From Patescibacteria group bacterium (GTDB taxonomy: Bacteria; Patescibacteriota; Patescibacteriia; UBA1558; GWA2-36-10), in the NCBI GenBank assembly GCA_028718865.1, contig JAQUKX010000001.1, positions 64,067 through 128,066 on the forward strand: DNA of 64,000 nt, in the 5' to 3' direction. This document shows, one piece after another, positions 40,002-49,637 of this stretch. How positions within the stretch are numbered: position 1 is the first letter of the stretch; each line of letters opens with the position of its first letter. The notes beneath the pieces are model-generated. The model had not been told where the DNA came from and made no database searches. It saw nothing but the letters and a program-made list of their open reading frames with translations. Both the position numbers and the translations under genes were made by a program.

Positions 40002-40661
40002 TTATGGATATTGAGGCAAATTAAAAGTGCCCAGCCGGTTAAAAGGCCAGCCTCTGACCCAGACCCGGCCGATAATGTTGCTTTTGGCTATAGGTCCAAG
40101 CTGGCGGGAATCAAAACTATTGATGCGATTGTCGCCCAAGATAAAATACTGATCATCAGCCAAGGCCACACTGGGATGATCCTCAGTGGAAAAATGACTG
40201 ATGTACTCCTCAGCTAGAATTTGGCCGTCTATATAGACGCGACCTTCTTTCAAGCTTACTTCTTCACCGGGCAAACCAATGACTCTTTTGATAAAATAAC
40301 TACCCCGTTGACGAGGATTTTTGAAAATAATCACCTCACCTCTTTGCGGCTCATTGAAGCGATAAGATATCTCATCAATTATCAAATATTCATTTTCATA
40401 AAAATTGGGCTCCATGGAAGCGCCCTCTACATAAAAAGGTTGAATGAGAAACATCCGCACTGGCAGAATAATAGCCAAAGATATCAAAACAACTTTGATT
40501 ATCTCAAAAATAAACAGGCCTATTTTTTTACCAAAACTCAAGCCCGGATCCTCGTCGTTTTGGGAAAAATTGTCCAAATCCAAATCATCAGGCTCAAATT
40601 CCGGCTCTTGGCGGGAAAAATGGGCAAAATCATTTTCCTTATCTTGTTTCTCGTTTTCCAT
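40002..40661 (-). CDS. lepB: Signal peptidase I
   Basis: GASMEPNF, FIKRVIGLPGE, GDNRINSFDSR; start at ATG 40661 preferred. Confidence 0.96.
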   Translation of the reverse strand: MENEKQDKENDFAHFSRQEPEFEPDDLDLDNFSQNDEDPGLSFGKKIGLFIFEIIKVVLISLAIILPVRMFLIQPFYVEGASMEPNFYENEYLIIDEISYRFNEPQRGEVIIFKNPRQRGSYFIKRVIGLPGEEVSLKEGRVYIDGQILAEEYISHFSTEDHPSVALADDQYFILGDNRINSFDSRQLGPIAKSNIIGRVWVRGWPFNRLGTFNLPQYP

Positions 40662-40769
40662 AAAAAATAATAAATTAGCTCTTAATAATGGACTTATTAT
40701 ACACAAAGACCAAATTAAAATCAAATCAAAAATAAGCGGAAAATAAAGGGAAAATAACAAAACCCAGGT

Positions 40770-40798
40770 TTGACTTGGCAGGTTTTTATTAGTATAAT
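40770..40798 (+). promoter_or_regulatory. sigma70 promoter of LCP-der-pth
   Basis: TTGACT-N17-TATAAT. Confidence 0.7.
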
Positions 40799-40835
40799 AA
40801 AGCTATTGTAAAAAACTCCAAAAAGTATATAGTTA

Positions 40836-42422
40836 ATGAGTTTTCAAAAAAGAAAAATAAACCTCTTGGAACCAGAGGGGGCTTACTTTGAACGTCCTGA
40901 CAAAACGCCAGTAAAAGAAGCCGGGCCTTCCGGCGATGGCAGCGAACCAAGATCAAAGGCCAACTCGAGAAAAAGACGAGGAAGCAGAAAGATTTCCTTC
41001 TTTTTTATATTACTGATTATTATTTTCAGCTTGGGAGCAAAGATAATATCCGCCGGCAATGATAGCTTTTTGTCCGGAGTAAAAAACAGCTACCTGCTGC
41101 GCCAAATCAGTAATATCATTTCTCCCAAAGAAAAATGGCTAAAAGGAGAAAAAGACGATAGAATAAATTTTGTCCTTTTGGGCATGGGCGGCGAAGGCCA
41201 TGACGGGCCTTATCTGACCGACACGATAATCATCGCCAGCTTCAAGCCTTCAAGCAAAGAAGCAGCGATTTTCTCCTTGCCCAGAGACATGATCGTGCCT
41301 ATCAATAGAGAATACCGCAAAATCAATTCCATTTATAGCATCGGACTCACCGGCCGCAATAAAAATGGCGGCGAACTGGTCAAAGAAATTTTGAGCCAAA
41401 CTTTTGATTTGCCTATTCATTACTATGTGGCGGCTGACTTCAAAGGATTTATGGAAATGATAGACGCTATTGGCGGCGTAGAAGTGGAAGTAGAAAGAAG
41501 TTTTGTTGACAATCAATTTCCAGCCGCTAATTACCAATACCAGAGAATAGCTTTCCAGGCCGGCTGGCAGGAAATGGATGGCTTGACCGCTTTGCGCTTT
41601 GCCCGCTCCCGCTATGGCAACAATAACGAAGGCTCGGATTTTGCCCGCATCAAAAGACAGCAAAAAATAATCATTGCCGCCAAAGAAAAAGTGACTTCTT
41701 TTGACACACTGATAAATCCCAAAAAAATCAGCCAGCTTTATTCAATTTTTAACCAATATACTCAAACTGATCTGGAGCTCTGGGAAGCGGTCAAGCTTTT
41801 TAATCTAGGCAAAGAAATAAATTCCCAAAAAATCATCACTCAATCAATAGATGACCGAGCTGGCGGTTATCTCCGATCAGGTATTGCCCTAAGCGGCGCT
41901 TATATCCTTCAGCCTATAGGCGGCAGCTATGACCAGATTTCTTTTCTCCTGCAAAATGTCTTTGAAATCAGCCCCCAGAACAATGAAGAGGCCAATATCG
42001 TCATTCAAAACGGCACTTTGCTACCCGGCCTGGCGCTCAAAGCTGTCAATCATCTCAATCAAATCGGCTACAGAGTAATAAGATATGGCAATGCCGAATT
42101 CCAGAATCAGGAAAAAACCTTGATCTATAATTATAATGAAGACAACCCCCAAACCAAGCGCTCGCTGGAAGCGATTTTTAAAAGTAAAGCCAACGACAAT
42201 CCGCCATTAGAACACTTGGCTCAAGCTGTAGCGGAAAGATGGCACATGCGCGATGCAAACAACCAATTGGAAAAAATCGACTTCTTAATCATCTTGGGAA
42301 AAGATCAAATAATCGATGAAACATTGGAGCTTTTGGAAACCATACCGCCTGAGCTTCTAGCGCCTACTTCTACTGAAGAAACAAGCGACGAAGAAGACCA
42401 AATAGAAGAAAACCCCAACTAA
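40836..42422 (+). CDS. LCP (LytR-CpsA-Psr) family protein with LytR_C domain
   Basis: TDTIII, SLPRD, KINS, ALRFARSR, SDFARIKRQQ; C-terminal IQNGT..PGLA. Confidence 0.95.
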   Translation: MSFQKRKINLLEPEGAYFERPDKTPVKEAGPSGDGSEPRSKANSRKRRGSRKISFFFILLIIIFSLGAKIISAGNDSFLSGVKNSYLLRQISNIISPKEKWLKGEKDDRINFVLLGMGGEGHDGPYLTDTIIIASFKPSSKEAAIFSLPRDMIVPINREYRKINSIYSIGLTGRNKNGGELVKEILSQTFDLPIHYYVAADFKGFMEMIDAIGGVEVEVERSFVDNQFPAANYQYQRIAFQAGWQEMDGLTALRFARSRYGNNNEGSDFARIKRQQKIIIAAKEKVTSFDTLINPKKISQLYSIFNQYTQTDLELWEAVKLFNLGKEINSQKIITQSIDDRAGGYLRSGIALSGAYILQPIGGSYDQISFLLQNVFEISPQNNEEANIVIQNGTLLPGLALKAVNHLNQIGYRVIRYGNAEFQNQEKTLIYNYNEDNPQTKRSLEAIFKSKANDNPPLEHLAQAVAERWHMRDANNQLEKIDFLIILGKDQIIDETLELLETIPPELLAPTSTEETSDEEDQIEENPN

Positions 42423-42424
42423 TC

Positions 42425-43804
42425 ATGACCAATTTACATAAAGTAGCCATAATCGGCCGAACCAATGTCGGCAAATCCACGCTCTACAATCGCCTGATAG
42501 GTAAAAAAAAGGCGATTATTTCTCCTGTGGCCGGTACTACCAGAGACCGCAATTACGCTATTTGCTCTTGGCGGGATATGGATTTTTATTTGATTGACAC
42601 TGGCGGATTAGAACGATCCTATGCTAGCGCAGACTCTGGCCAGCTTGACGACATGGACAACAAAATAATAGCGCAAGCTCTTTTGGCAGCCGAAGAAGCT
42701 GATTTGATTTTATTTGTGGTGGACAGCAAAAACGGCCTGATGCCCAATGACTTGGCGCTGGCCAAAAAAATCAAAAGAAGCGGTAAAAACATCCTTTTGG
42801 CGGCCAACAAAGCCGACAATCAGTCTCTACGCCAGTCAATCAATGAATTTTATAAGCTCAATCTGGGCCAACCCTGGCCAGTCTCAGCTGCCAACGGTAG
42901 TGGCAGTGGCGATCTGCTCGATGAGATAGTAGATAATCTCAAAAAACAAAAAAATAAAAAAAGAAAGAAAGCCGCTGAAGAAAAATCAACTAGCATCAGA
43001 GTAGCGATGGTCGGCAAGCCTAATGTCGGCAAATCATCGCTGATAAACTCTATTTTAGGAGACAATAGATTGATAGTTTCGCCGCAGGCTCACACCACCA
43101 GAGACTCGCAAGATATCAATTTCAAATATCAGAATCAGCTGATTACTTTTATTGACACCGCCGGATTGCGCCGCAAAAGTTCAATAGCCGCGGATCCTTT
43201 TGAAAAACAAAGCGTGGAACAAAGCCTCAAAAGCATAGAAAAATCCGATATAGTATTATTGGTCACCGACGCTTCCCAAGAGCTAAGCTTCCAAGACAAG
43301 CGCCTGATAGACGAAACCCAAAAAATGGGCAAAGGCCTGATCATCCTGATAAATAAATGGGATCTGGTGCCGGACAAAAGCACCGACAGCGCTCATAAAT
43401 TCACTCGCTACTACCAAGGATTTTTCCCTTTTATCAACTGGGCGCCGATGATTTTCTGCTCAGCTAAAGAAAAAATAAGAATAAAAAAAATCTTGGAAAC
43501 TATTTTGGAAGTACACAGCGAAAAAAATAAATTTATCAGTGAAAACGCTCTGAGTAAATTGTTGCAGCAAATCATAAAAAAACATAAGCCGTCACGAGGT
43601 AAGGGAACTAACCATCCCTATATCTACAGCCTCAAGCAATTAGAAACCAATCCCCCTTATTTCACCATCAAATTATCTTTTAAATCCAGCCTACATGAAT
43701 CTTATCTGCGCTTCATTGAAAACAATCTCCGCTACAAATTCGGTTTTATCGGCACGCCGATAAAAATAAAAATAATTCGCAGCCAAAATAAATACGATAA
43801 ATAA
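42425..43804 (+). CDS. der: Ribosome biogenesis GTPase Der
   Basis: Two G domains, GRTNVGKS and GKPNVGKSS. Confidence 0.98.
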   Translation: MTNLHKVAIIGRTNVGKSTLYNRLIGKKKAIISPVAGTTRDRNYAICSWRDMDFYLIDTGGLERSYASADSGQLDDMDNKIIAQALLAAEEADLILFVVDSKNGLMPNDLALAKKIKRSGKNILLAANKADNQSLRQSINEFYKLNLGQPWPVSAANGSGSGDLLDEIVDNLKKQKNKKRKKAAEEKSTSIRVAMVGKPNVGKSSLINSILGDNRLIVSPQAHTTRDSQDINFKYQNQLITFIDTAGLRRKSSIAADPFEKQSVEQSLKSIEKSDIVLLVTDASQELSFQDKRLIDETQKMGKGLIILINKWDLVPDKSTDSAHKFTRYYQGFFPFINWAPMIFCSAKEKIRIKKILETILEVHSEKNKFISENALSKLLQQIIKKHKPSRGKGTNHPYIYSLKQLETNPPYFTIKLSFKSSLHESYLRFIENNLRYKFGFIGTPIKIKIIRSQNKYDK

Positions 43805-43808
43805 AACC

Positions 43809-44366
43809 ATGCGCATTATAATCGGACTGGGCAATCCAGACAAAGAATATTTTTACACCCGCCACAATTTCGGCTGGCTGACTTTGGACAGTCTGGCGGA
43901 AAAAAGAAAATTGTCCTGGAACAAGCACAAAAACAGCAATAGCCTGCTGGCGGAATTTAGTCAGGGTCGGGAAAAGATAATCCTAGTTAAGCCCCTGACC
44001 TATATGAATAATTCCGGCTTGGCCGTGAGGGCACTGAAAAAATTCTTCAAACTGCCCAACAACAAACTGATTATTGTCTATGACGATCTTGACCTGCCTT
44101 TTGGCAAGATTCGCCTATCCAAAAATAAAAACTCCGGCGGCCATAAAGGCTTGGATTCTATTATTGGTCAATTAAAAAGCAAGGACTTCAAACGCATACG
44201 TCTAGGTATAGGTCCTCAAGAAGGGTCAGCGGAAAATTTTGTCTTGCAAAAATTCTCCAAAGAGGAAAAAAATAAGATCAATGAAATCATTGATACCAGT
44301 CATCTGATAATTGAATATATTTTAGAAAACAGTTTTGATCTGGCTGCCAATAAATACAATCAATAA
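43809..44366 (+). CDS. pth: Peptidyl-tRNA hydrolase
   Basis: GLGNP, TRHNFG, KPLTYMNNSG, GGHKGL. Confidence 0.98.
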   Translation: MRIIIGLGNPDKEYFYTRHNFGWLTLDSLAEKRKLSWNKHKNSNSLLAEFSQGREKIILVKPLTYMNNSGLAVRALKKFFKLPNNKLIIVYDDLDLPFGKIRLSKNKNSGGHKGLDSIIGQLKSKDFKRIRLGIGPQEGSAENFVLQKFSKEEKNKINEIIDTSHLIIEYILENSFDLAANKYNQ

Positions 44367-44371
44367 CCCCG

Positions 44372-44516
44372 AAAAACCCGCTGGGTCTTGTCATTCTGAA
44401 GCGAATCGGGCGTATGCCCGATGAAGCGATAGAATCTACCAATTTTATAACTTTGGATTCTATCGGTCGCTACGCTCCCTCCAGAATGACACAATGACAA
44501 GACCCAGCGGGTTTTT
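44372..44516. repeat. 24-bp inverted repeat/terminator enclosing a REP-like palindromic element
   Basis: AAAAACCCGCTGGGTCTTGTCATT / AATGACAAGACCCAGCGGGTTTTT around TGTCATTCTG...GAATCT...GGATTC...CAGAATGACA. Confidence 0.75.
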
Positions 44517-44539
44517 ATTTAAAATTATATTTCTACTGA

Positions 44540-44615
44540 TTACAAACTCATCAGCCAGCGAGCCATAGTACGCACGCCAAAGCCAGATGCACTAGCTGGG
44601 GTGTAGCTATCGACC
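44540..44615 (-). pseudogene. Duplicated 3' end of pepA (direct repeat of 46796-46871)
   Basis: 76 nt with ~9 mismatches; encodes VDSYTPASASGFGVRTMARWLMSL*. Confidence 0.9.
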
Positions 44616-44625
44616 AAGAGTAGAT

Positions 44626-45531
44626 CTAATAATTTCTGAAGGAAGATTGAGGTATTTTTTCAAAATTCCATCTTTCTTTCCAACTTTCACCATCACGTGA
44701 TACATCAAAATTTTTTGCACCTAAATTTATAGCTTCATCAATATTTTTTATAATTATATATTTGCCTATATTAGGAAGTAATTCTATATCAGAAGCTGTC
44801 TCAAGAAAAAAATATTTATTTCTAAATAAAATTGAAATTGATATGCCTATTTTTTTTTCACCTAGCATAAAAGTAAATACATGATAGTTGTATTTTAGCT
44901 TCAAAAAATCGATGAAATTTTGTCTTTCATCTTTATCATTGAAGCTAGATTCAGCTCCCCATCTTTTAATCTTAAATTTGAAGTATATATCTATATCATC
45001 GAAGTTATTTTTAATTACCTTTATATCTTTTTCACTGATTTTTTTTATTTCTCTTCTCAATTTTCTACGGTGCTCAATAGAACCTTTAAATTTTTTTTCT
45101 ATAAAATCATTATGATCTTTTATGTTGCCTAAAGGAAGATTGTATATATAGTTTTTAATCTGTTTTTGTATTATAAAAATATGATTTCTTTCTAAATTAT
45201 CGAAATAGGCCTTTTCGTTGGCAGCTTCATAAAATTTCGGCACATATTCCTCCCAACCTGGAGTGATAAAAACTTTATTTTCATCCATATATTCGCCACC
45301 GAAAAATTCAAGATAACCTTTTTCGGAATTAAATTGCAGTGGAAGTAACCCTATATTCTTTTCTTGATATTCCCCCACAAAAAATTTTATTGGAAATTTT
45401 TTGTGGCTAAAAAAACAATAACGAAACTCCCAATCATCATATAAGGATTTTTTTGGAGATAATTCTTCCCAGATAATTTTTGCTTTTTGAATATCATCAA
45501 CTATTTTTATTATCAAAGATGATTCATTCAT
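44626..45531 (-). CDS. GNAT-family (CelD/BcsL-like) acyltransferase, AT-rich islet
   Basis: IGLLPL, RRKLRREIKK, NIGKYIIIKNIDEA...FDV...WKERW. Confidence 0.7.
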   Translation of the reverse strand: MNESSLIIKIVDDIQKAKIIWEELSPKKSLYDDWEFRYCFFSHKKFPIKFFVGEYQEKNIGLLPLQFNSEKGYLEFFGGEYMDENKVFITPGWEEYVPKFYEAANEKAYFDNLERNHIFIIQKQIKNYIYNLPLGNIKDHNDFIEKKFKGSIEHRRKLRREIKKISEKDIKVIKNNFDDIDIYFKFKIKRWGAESSFNDKDERQNFIDFLKLKYNYHVFTFMLGEKKIGISISILFRNKYFFLETASDIELLPNIGKYIIIKNIDEAINLGAKNFDVSRDGESWKERWNFEKIPQSSFRNY

Positions 45532-46642
45532 AGTCTTTTTTCATACAAAAAAATTTATTAACTTCATCGTAAATATACTCCACATCCCTACTTGATATTT
45601 GCCAATTTACTGGGAATACCAAAAAAGAAGTGTAGAGCTTTGTGTTCAGTTCTGAAAGATATGGAGTCTTAACCAAGTCCCATAAACGCCATGGGAATAT
45701 TTTATTTTTTGAGAGATGTTCTATAAAACTAGATTGAATTTTATCTTCTATAAAAACGGGGTAATAGTTTATTAGTGAGGATAACTCTAACGTTTCTCTT
45801 GGTAATATTTTAAAATTTTTATTTTTTATTTTATTAAAGTGTTTATGAAATGTAAGGATTATTGATTTGTTATGTTTTATTATTTTTTTAAAATCTATAA
45901 AATTATAGATATAAAAAGACAACCCTCCCATAGTCGCTTTATTCGGAGGCTCTCCTATAAATGAATTAAATTTTATAAAGACTTTTTCAGATATTGAATA
46001 AATTTTTGTGGAGTTAAAAATATAAATAAAAAAAATCAATACCCTATACATTAAATATGTTAATTCACATTTTATTTTATACCAATTAATCAATTCTACA
46101 TCACGGCGGCTATAGTGAAAATGGCGATTTATTAAGTGGGCTCCAAGTAGCGAACAATGTTTTCTTATGCTATCTATATAAAAATGATTTTCATTAATAG
46201 GTGATATTTCCGAAGTAGATAAAATTTTATGAGCAAAGTCGTCTATAAATATTGTTTCTTTATTACATAACTTGACGAGCCGTATTTTTTCCTCTGGACT
46301 TAGTGAAAATCCTAGAAAAGAATAGTTCAGAATTATTCGTGGCTGGTATTTAATTATTTGTTGAAAATAGTTATTTTTATCAATTGAAAAATCATCATTT
46401 ACTTTATAAAATATAATATTTAAATATTTACTAATAAAATTCAATGTTTCAATACAATAAAAATTGGGCATAAGTATAACTTCTTTTTTGCCGGAAATTT
46501 TATAATGACTAAAGATACATACTAAGGCATCACTAAAAGAGATGAAAAAATTATTAATCTTCCTCTCGCCTTGTAATAAGCCACCACTTAGTGTAAAAGG
46601 TTGTAATATAAGTGGTCTTAATACTTCAATTACTTTTTTCAT
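45524..46642 (-). CDS. DegT/StrS-like PLP-dependent transferase-like protein, AT-rich islet
   Basis: ILMPNFYC, FIDDFAH, SIRK, LVFPVNWQ. Confidence 0.6.
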   Translation of the reverse strand: MKKVIEVLRPLILQPFTLSGGLLQGERKINNFFISFSDALVCIFSHYKISGKKEVILMPNFYCIETLNFISKYLNIIFYKVNDDFSIDKNNYFQQIIKYQPRIILNYSFLGFSLSPEEKIRLVKLCNKETIFIDDFAHKILSTSEISPINENHFYIDSIRKHCSLLGAHLINRHFHYSRRDVELINWYKIKCELTYLMYRVLIFFIYIFNSTKIYSISEKVFIKFNSFIGEPPNKATMGGLSFYIYNFIDFKKIIKHNKSIILTFHKHFNKIKNKNFKILPRETLELSSLINYYPVFIEDKIQSSFIEHLSKNKIFPWRLWDLVKTPYLSELNTKLYTSFLVFPVNWQISSRDVEYIYDEVNKFFCMKKDYE

Positions 46643-46795
46643 TTTTTAATAAGTAAACGCATACGAAGTTGGTTCCGCAGTGACCATAATATAATTTTAA
46701 CATCACGGAAACAAGAAGGCAACTTAAAGAAAACCAGCTCAAAAAGTTGATTTTCTCACATAATTAGTATTATTGAATTTATTATCTAGAAAAAA

Positions 46796-47764
46796 TTACA
46801 AACCCATCAGCCAGCGAGCCATAGTACGCACGCCAAAGCCCGATCCGCCAGCTGGCGTATAACTATTGACCGGCTTCTCGGCATACACTGGCCCGGCTCC
46901 ACCCATGTCTATTTTCATCTGTCCCATATTTTCCCAGGGCTTGATATTTAGTCCACCGCTGTCAAAAGTAATGCCCTTGCCCACTAGAGCTACTTTTTTC
47001 TTTGCTCCTTTTTGGGGTTTATAAACCAAGTGAATAAACTTAGGCGCTTCATGTGATCCTCGGGAAATGGCCAAAAAAGCATTCATCCCTAATTTGGCAA
47101 TTTCTTCTTTTTCCAAAATTTTTACTTTGATGTTTTTACTTTTCTTTGCTAAGCCCACTGCCTCTTTGGCCAAAAAATCCGGAGTCATAGTGCCAGCTGG
47201 TTCATTGACCAAATCTCTAGTCAATTTTATTCCCTGGACTAATTGACAACCAAAATCCCAACCTTTGAGCCAAGATTTTTTTTGAGCTGGATTAGAGTAA
47301 ATATAAAATTCCTTAATAGCTAGATTTCTTTTATCTGGTAATTTTTTCTTGTATTTTGAAAATTCATATGCCCCGAGCTTGAGTCCCTCGGCCATTGACT
47401 GTGCCAACAGAGAAACATCTTTGCTGCCTTTGAGCCAATACTGTAAATCTAAACCAATCTTGGTTGTCTGATATTTTTTAGAATAAAGAGCGATTTCTCC
47501 AGCTGCCAAGCGCCAATTTTCCGGAGCAAAAGACTTGCTTTGGCCAGTACCGACAAAAACAACTGTTTGCTCATTGTCATGGATAACAAAAATCTCCCCT
47601 TTTTTACCGCTAAAATTTTCTTTTTCCAGACGACGGCCAATAGCGGATTGATCTTCGTAGTTGAGACTAGTGATCAATTTTTTGGCGGCTGACTGATCAG
47701 CCAAGAGCGGATAAAACAAAACTTCCGCCTCCCCTGCTTCTTGCATTTTAAATATTAACTGCAT
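46796..47764 (-). pseudogene. pepA: Leucyl aminopeptidase (M17) with in-frame internal deletion
   Basis: RDLVNEP, LVGKGITFDSGG, KIDMGGAG joined directly to the C-terminal PVY...SGFGVRT; NTDAEGRL absent. Confidence 0.8.
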
Positions 47765-47857
47765 AAGCTTATATCTTAATAGTTTATTTTAATTAAAACT
47801 TAATTTAACATAATAAATAAAGGCTGGCAAATGCTCGCCTTATTAGACAAATAATTT

Positions 47858-48316
47858 TTATATCCAGCCGAAATCAATGCCAAAAATCCTAAACAGCAAA
47901 AATATCAAAAAAGTCACTCTCAAAGGCATAATCATGTGAACATTGGTCTTGTGATTCAAAAAAGTCAAAACCAAATTTAGAAAAAACATCGGCAGCCAAA
48001 GCAGAGGCGAATAAATAGCAATAACCAATTCATTCAAACGGTCGCAAATAATATCCAAGAAATATCCATGACGAGTGACACGATTATATTTCCGAGCTAT
48101 AACTCCATCAAGCCAATCCAAAAGCAGAGACAAAAGAATCATGGAAAAAATCCACCAATCGCTTTCCCGATACAAAAAAGCACTGACCGCAGCAAAAACA
48201 GACAAGACCGAGATAATATCCGGATTGATATTGGGCAAAGGCACGCCTTCGAGCACAAAAGAATCGGCCCAACGCCTGAATCTAATCATCCAATCGTATT
48301 TTTTTGGAGTTGCCAT
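47858..48316 (-). CDS. CDP-alcohol phosphatidyltransferase family
   Basis: DWLDGVIARKYNRVTRHGYFLDIICDR; start at ATG 48316 preferred. Confidence 0.93.
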   Translation of the reverse strand: MATPKKYDWMIRFRRWADSFVLEGVPLPNINPDIISVLSVFAAVSAFLYRESDWWIFSMILLSLLLDWLDGVIARKYNRVTRHGYFLDIICDRLNELVIAIYSPLLWLPMFFLNLVLTFLNHKTNVHMIMPLRVTFLIFLLFRIFGIDFGWI

Positions 48317-48390
48317 GATGATTTTATTATAATTTAAAAAGCCGCGCTTTGCCAGAGGCAAAGCGCGGCGCAAAACTATTCTCAATAAAA

Positions 48391-49077
48391 CTAATTAACA
48401 GCTATCTTGACACTGGGTCCCATTGAAGAAGTCAAATGCATAGACTTGATATAGACTCCCTTGATGGTTTGCGGCTTGGCTTTTTTGAGCGAATCTAAAA
48501 AAGCAGTAAAATTCTCTGCCAGCTTATCTTGACCAAAAGATAGCTTGCCTATAATCAAATGAATATTGGCGGTGTCGTCGTTTTTATAAGACACCTTGCC
48601 TTTTTTCAATTCGCCAACTAGCTTGGCCACGTCCGGTCCAATAGTGCCGCTTTTGGGATTAGGCATCAAGCCCTTTTGTCCCAAGATCTTGGCAATGGCC
48701 GCTAGTTTGGGCATCATATCAGGCGTAGTGACTGCCACATCAAAGTCGGTCTTGCCAGTCTTTTTTATCTCTTCAATCAAAGACTCGGCGCCGCATAAAT
48801 CAGCGCCAGCGGCTTTGGCTGCTTTGGCCTTGGCTTCATCGACAAAAGCCGCTACTTTTACTGTCTTACCGCTTCCATGAGGCAAAACCACTGAAGCTCT
48901 CACTATCTGATCGCCTTTTTTTGGATCAATACCCAACTTAGCATGAACTTCCACTGAAGCATCGAATTTGACTGCGCCGCTTTCTATCACCAAAGCAATT
49001 GCTTCTTGGGAATTATAAACTTTACTTTTATCAATTTTACCGCGGGCTTGTTTTAAGCGCTTGCTAATTTTTCCCAT
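48391..49077 (-). CDS. rplA: 50S ribosomal protein L1
   Basis: KFDASVE, LPHGSGK, LGQKGLMPNPKSGT, SSMGP; start at ATG 49077. Confidence 0.98.
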   Translation of the reverse strand: MGKISKRLKQARGKIDKSKVYNSQEAIALVIESGAVKFDASVEVHAKLGIDPKKGDQIVRASVVLPHGSGKTVKVAAFVDEAKAKAAKAAGADLCGAESLIEEIKKTGKTDFDVAVTTPDMMPKLAAIAKILGQKGLMPNPKSGTIGPDVAKLVGELKKGKVSYKNDDTANIHLIIGKLSFGQDKLAENFTAFLDSLKKAKPQTIKGVYIKSMHLTSSMGPSVKIAVN

Positions 49078-49092
49078 ATTTTTTAGTTTATA

Positions 49093-49132
49093 GAGGTAAT
49101 AGCGCCCAGAACGACTAGATCCAGGCTCCCTC
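49093..49132 (-). promoter_or_regulatory. L1-binding-like RNA operator upstream of rplA
   Basis: GAGGGAGCCTGGA...TCTGGGCGCTATTACCTC, similar to the GGGAGC...GCGTTATTACC rplK leader of E. coli. Confidence 0.7.
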
Positions 49133-49139
49133 AATAATT

Positions 49140-49565
49140 TTAATCTTCTATTTTGACGCCCATTTGTCTGGCTGTGCCGGCAATGATTTTTTTGGCGGCT
49201 TCCAGATCATTGGTGTTTAGATCTGGCATTTTAGCTTTGGCAATTTCCGCCAGCTGAGCCTGAGAAATCTTGCCAACTTTTTCCTGCAGGGGTTTGCCTG
49301 ATCCTTTGGGTAAATTCAAAGCTTTTTTTATCATCTCTGAAGCCGGCGCTGTCTTAAGCACAAAAGTAAAAGTCCGGTCTTGATAAATCGTCAGTTCTAC
49401 CGGCACAATTTCTCCGGGACGGTCTTTGCTGGCCTCATTGAACTTGGTGCAAAATTCCTGAATATTTAGGCCGTGAGGTCCCAAAGCCGTGCCCACCGGT
49501 GGCGCCGGCGTGGCTTTAGTTCCCGGAATCTGCAGCTTGATGATTTGTTTGATTTCTTTTGCCAT
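49140..49565 (-). CDS. rplK: 50S ribosomal protein L11
   Basis: KATPAPPVGTALG, FCTKFN, KMPDLN. Confidence 0.99.
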   Translation of the reverse strand: MAKEIKQIIKLQIPGTKATPAPPVGTALGPHGLNIQEFCTKFNEASKDRPGEIVPVELTIYQDRTFTFVLKTAPASEMIKKALNLPKGSGKPLQEKVGKISQAQLAEIAKAKMPDLNTNDLEAAKKIIAGTARQMGVKIED

Positions 49566-49581
49566 ATGAATGCTTGTTTAC

Positions 49582-49621
49582 GAGGTCTTAATGCTCGGAT
49601 CGACTAAAACCAAGCTCCCTC
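49582..49621 (-). promoter_or_regulatory. L1-binding-like RNA operator upstream of rplK
   Basis: GAGGGAGCTTGG...CCGAGCATTAAGACCTC; 40-nt paralogue of the rplA motif. Confidence 0.7.
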
Positions 49622-49637
49622 AATAATAAATATTAAT

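Noticed and set aside
44540-46871. pepA-end repeat pair considered as a DGR TR/VR pair
   Set aside because: Mismatches are not confined to adenines on either strand, and no reverse transcriptase is present
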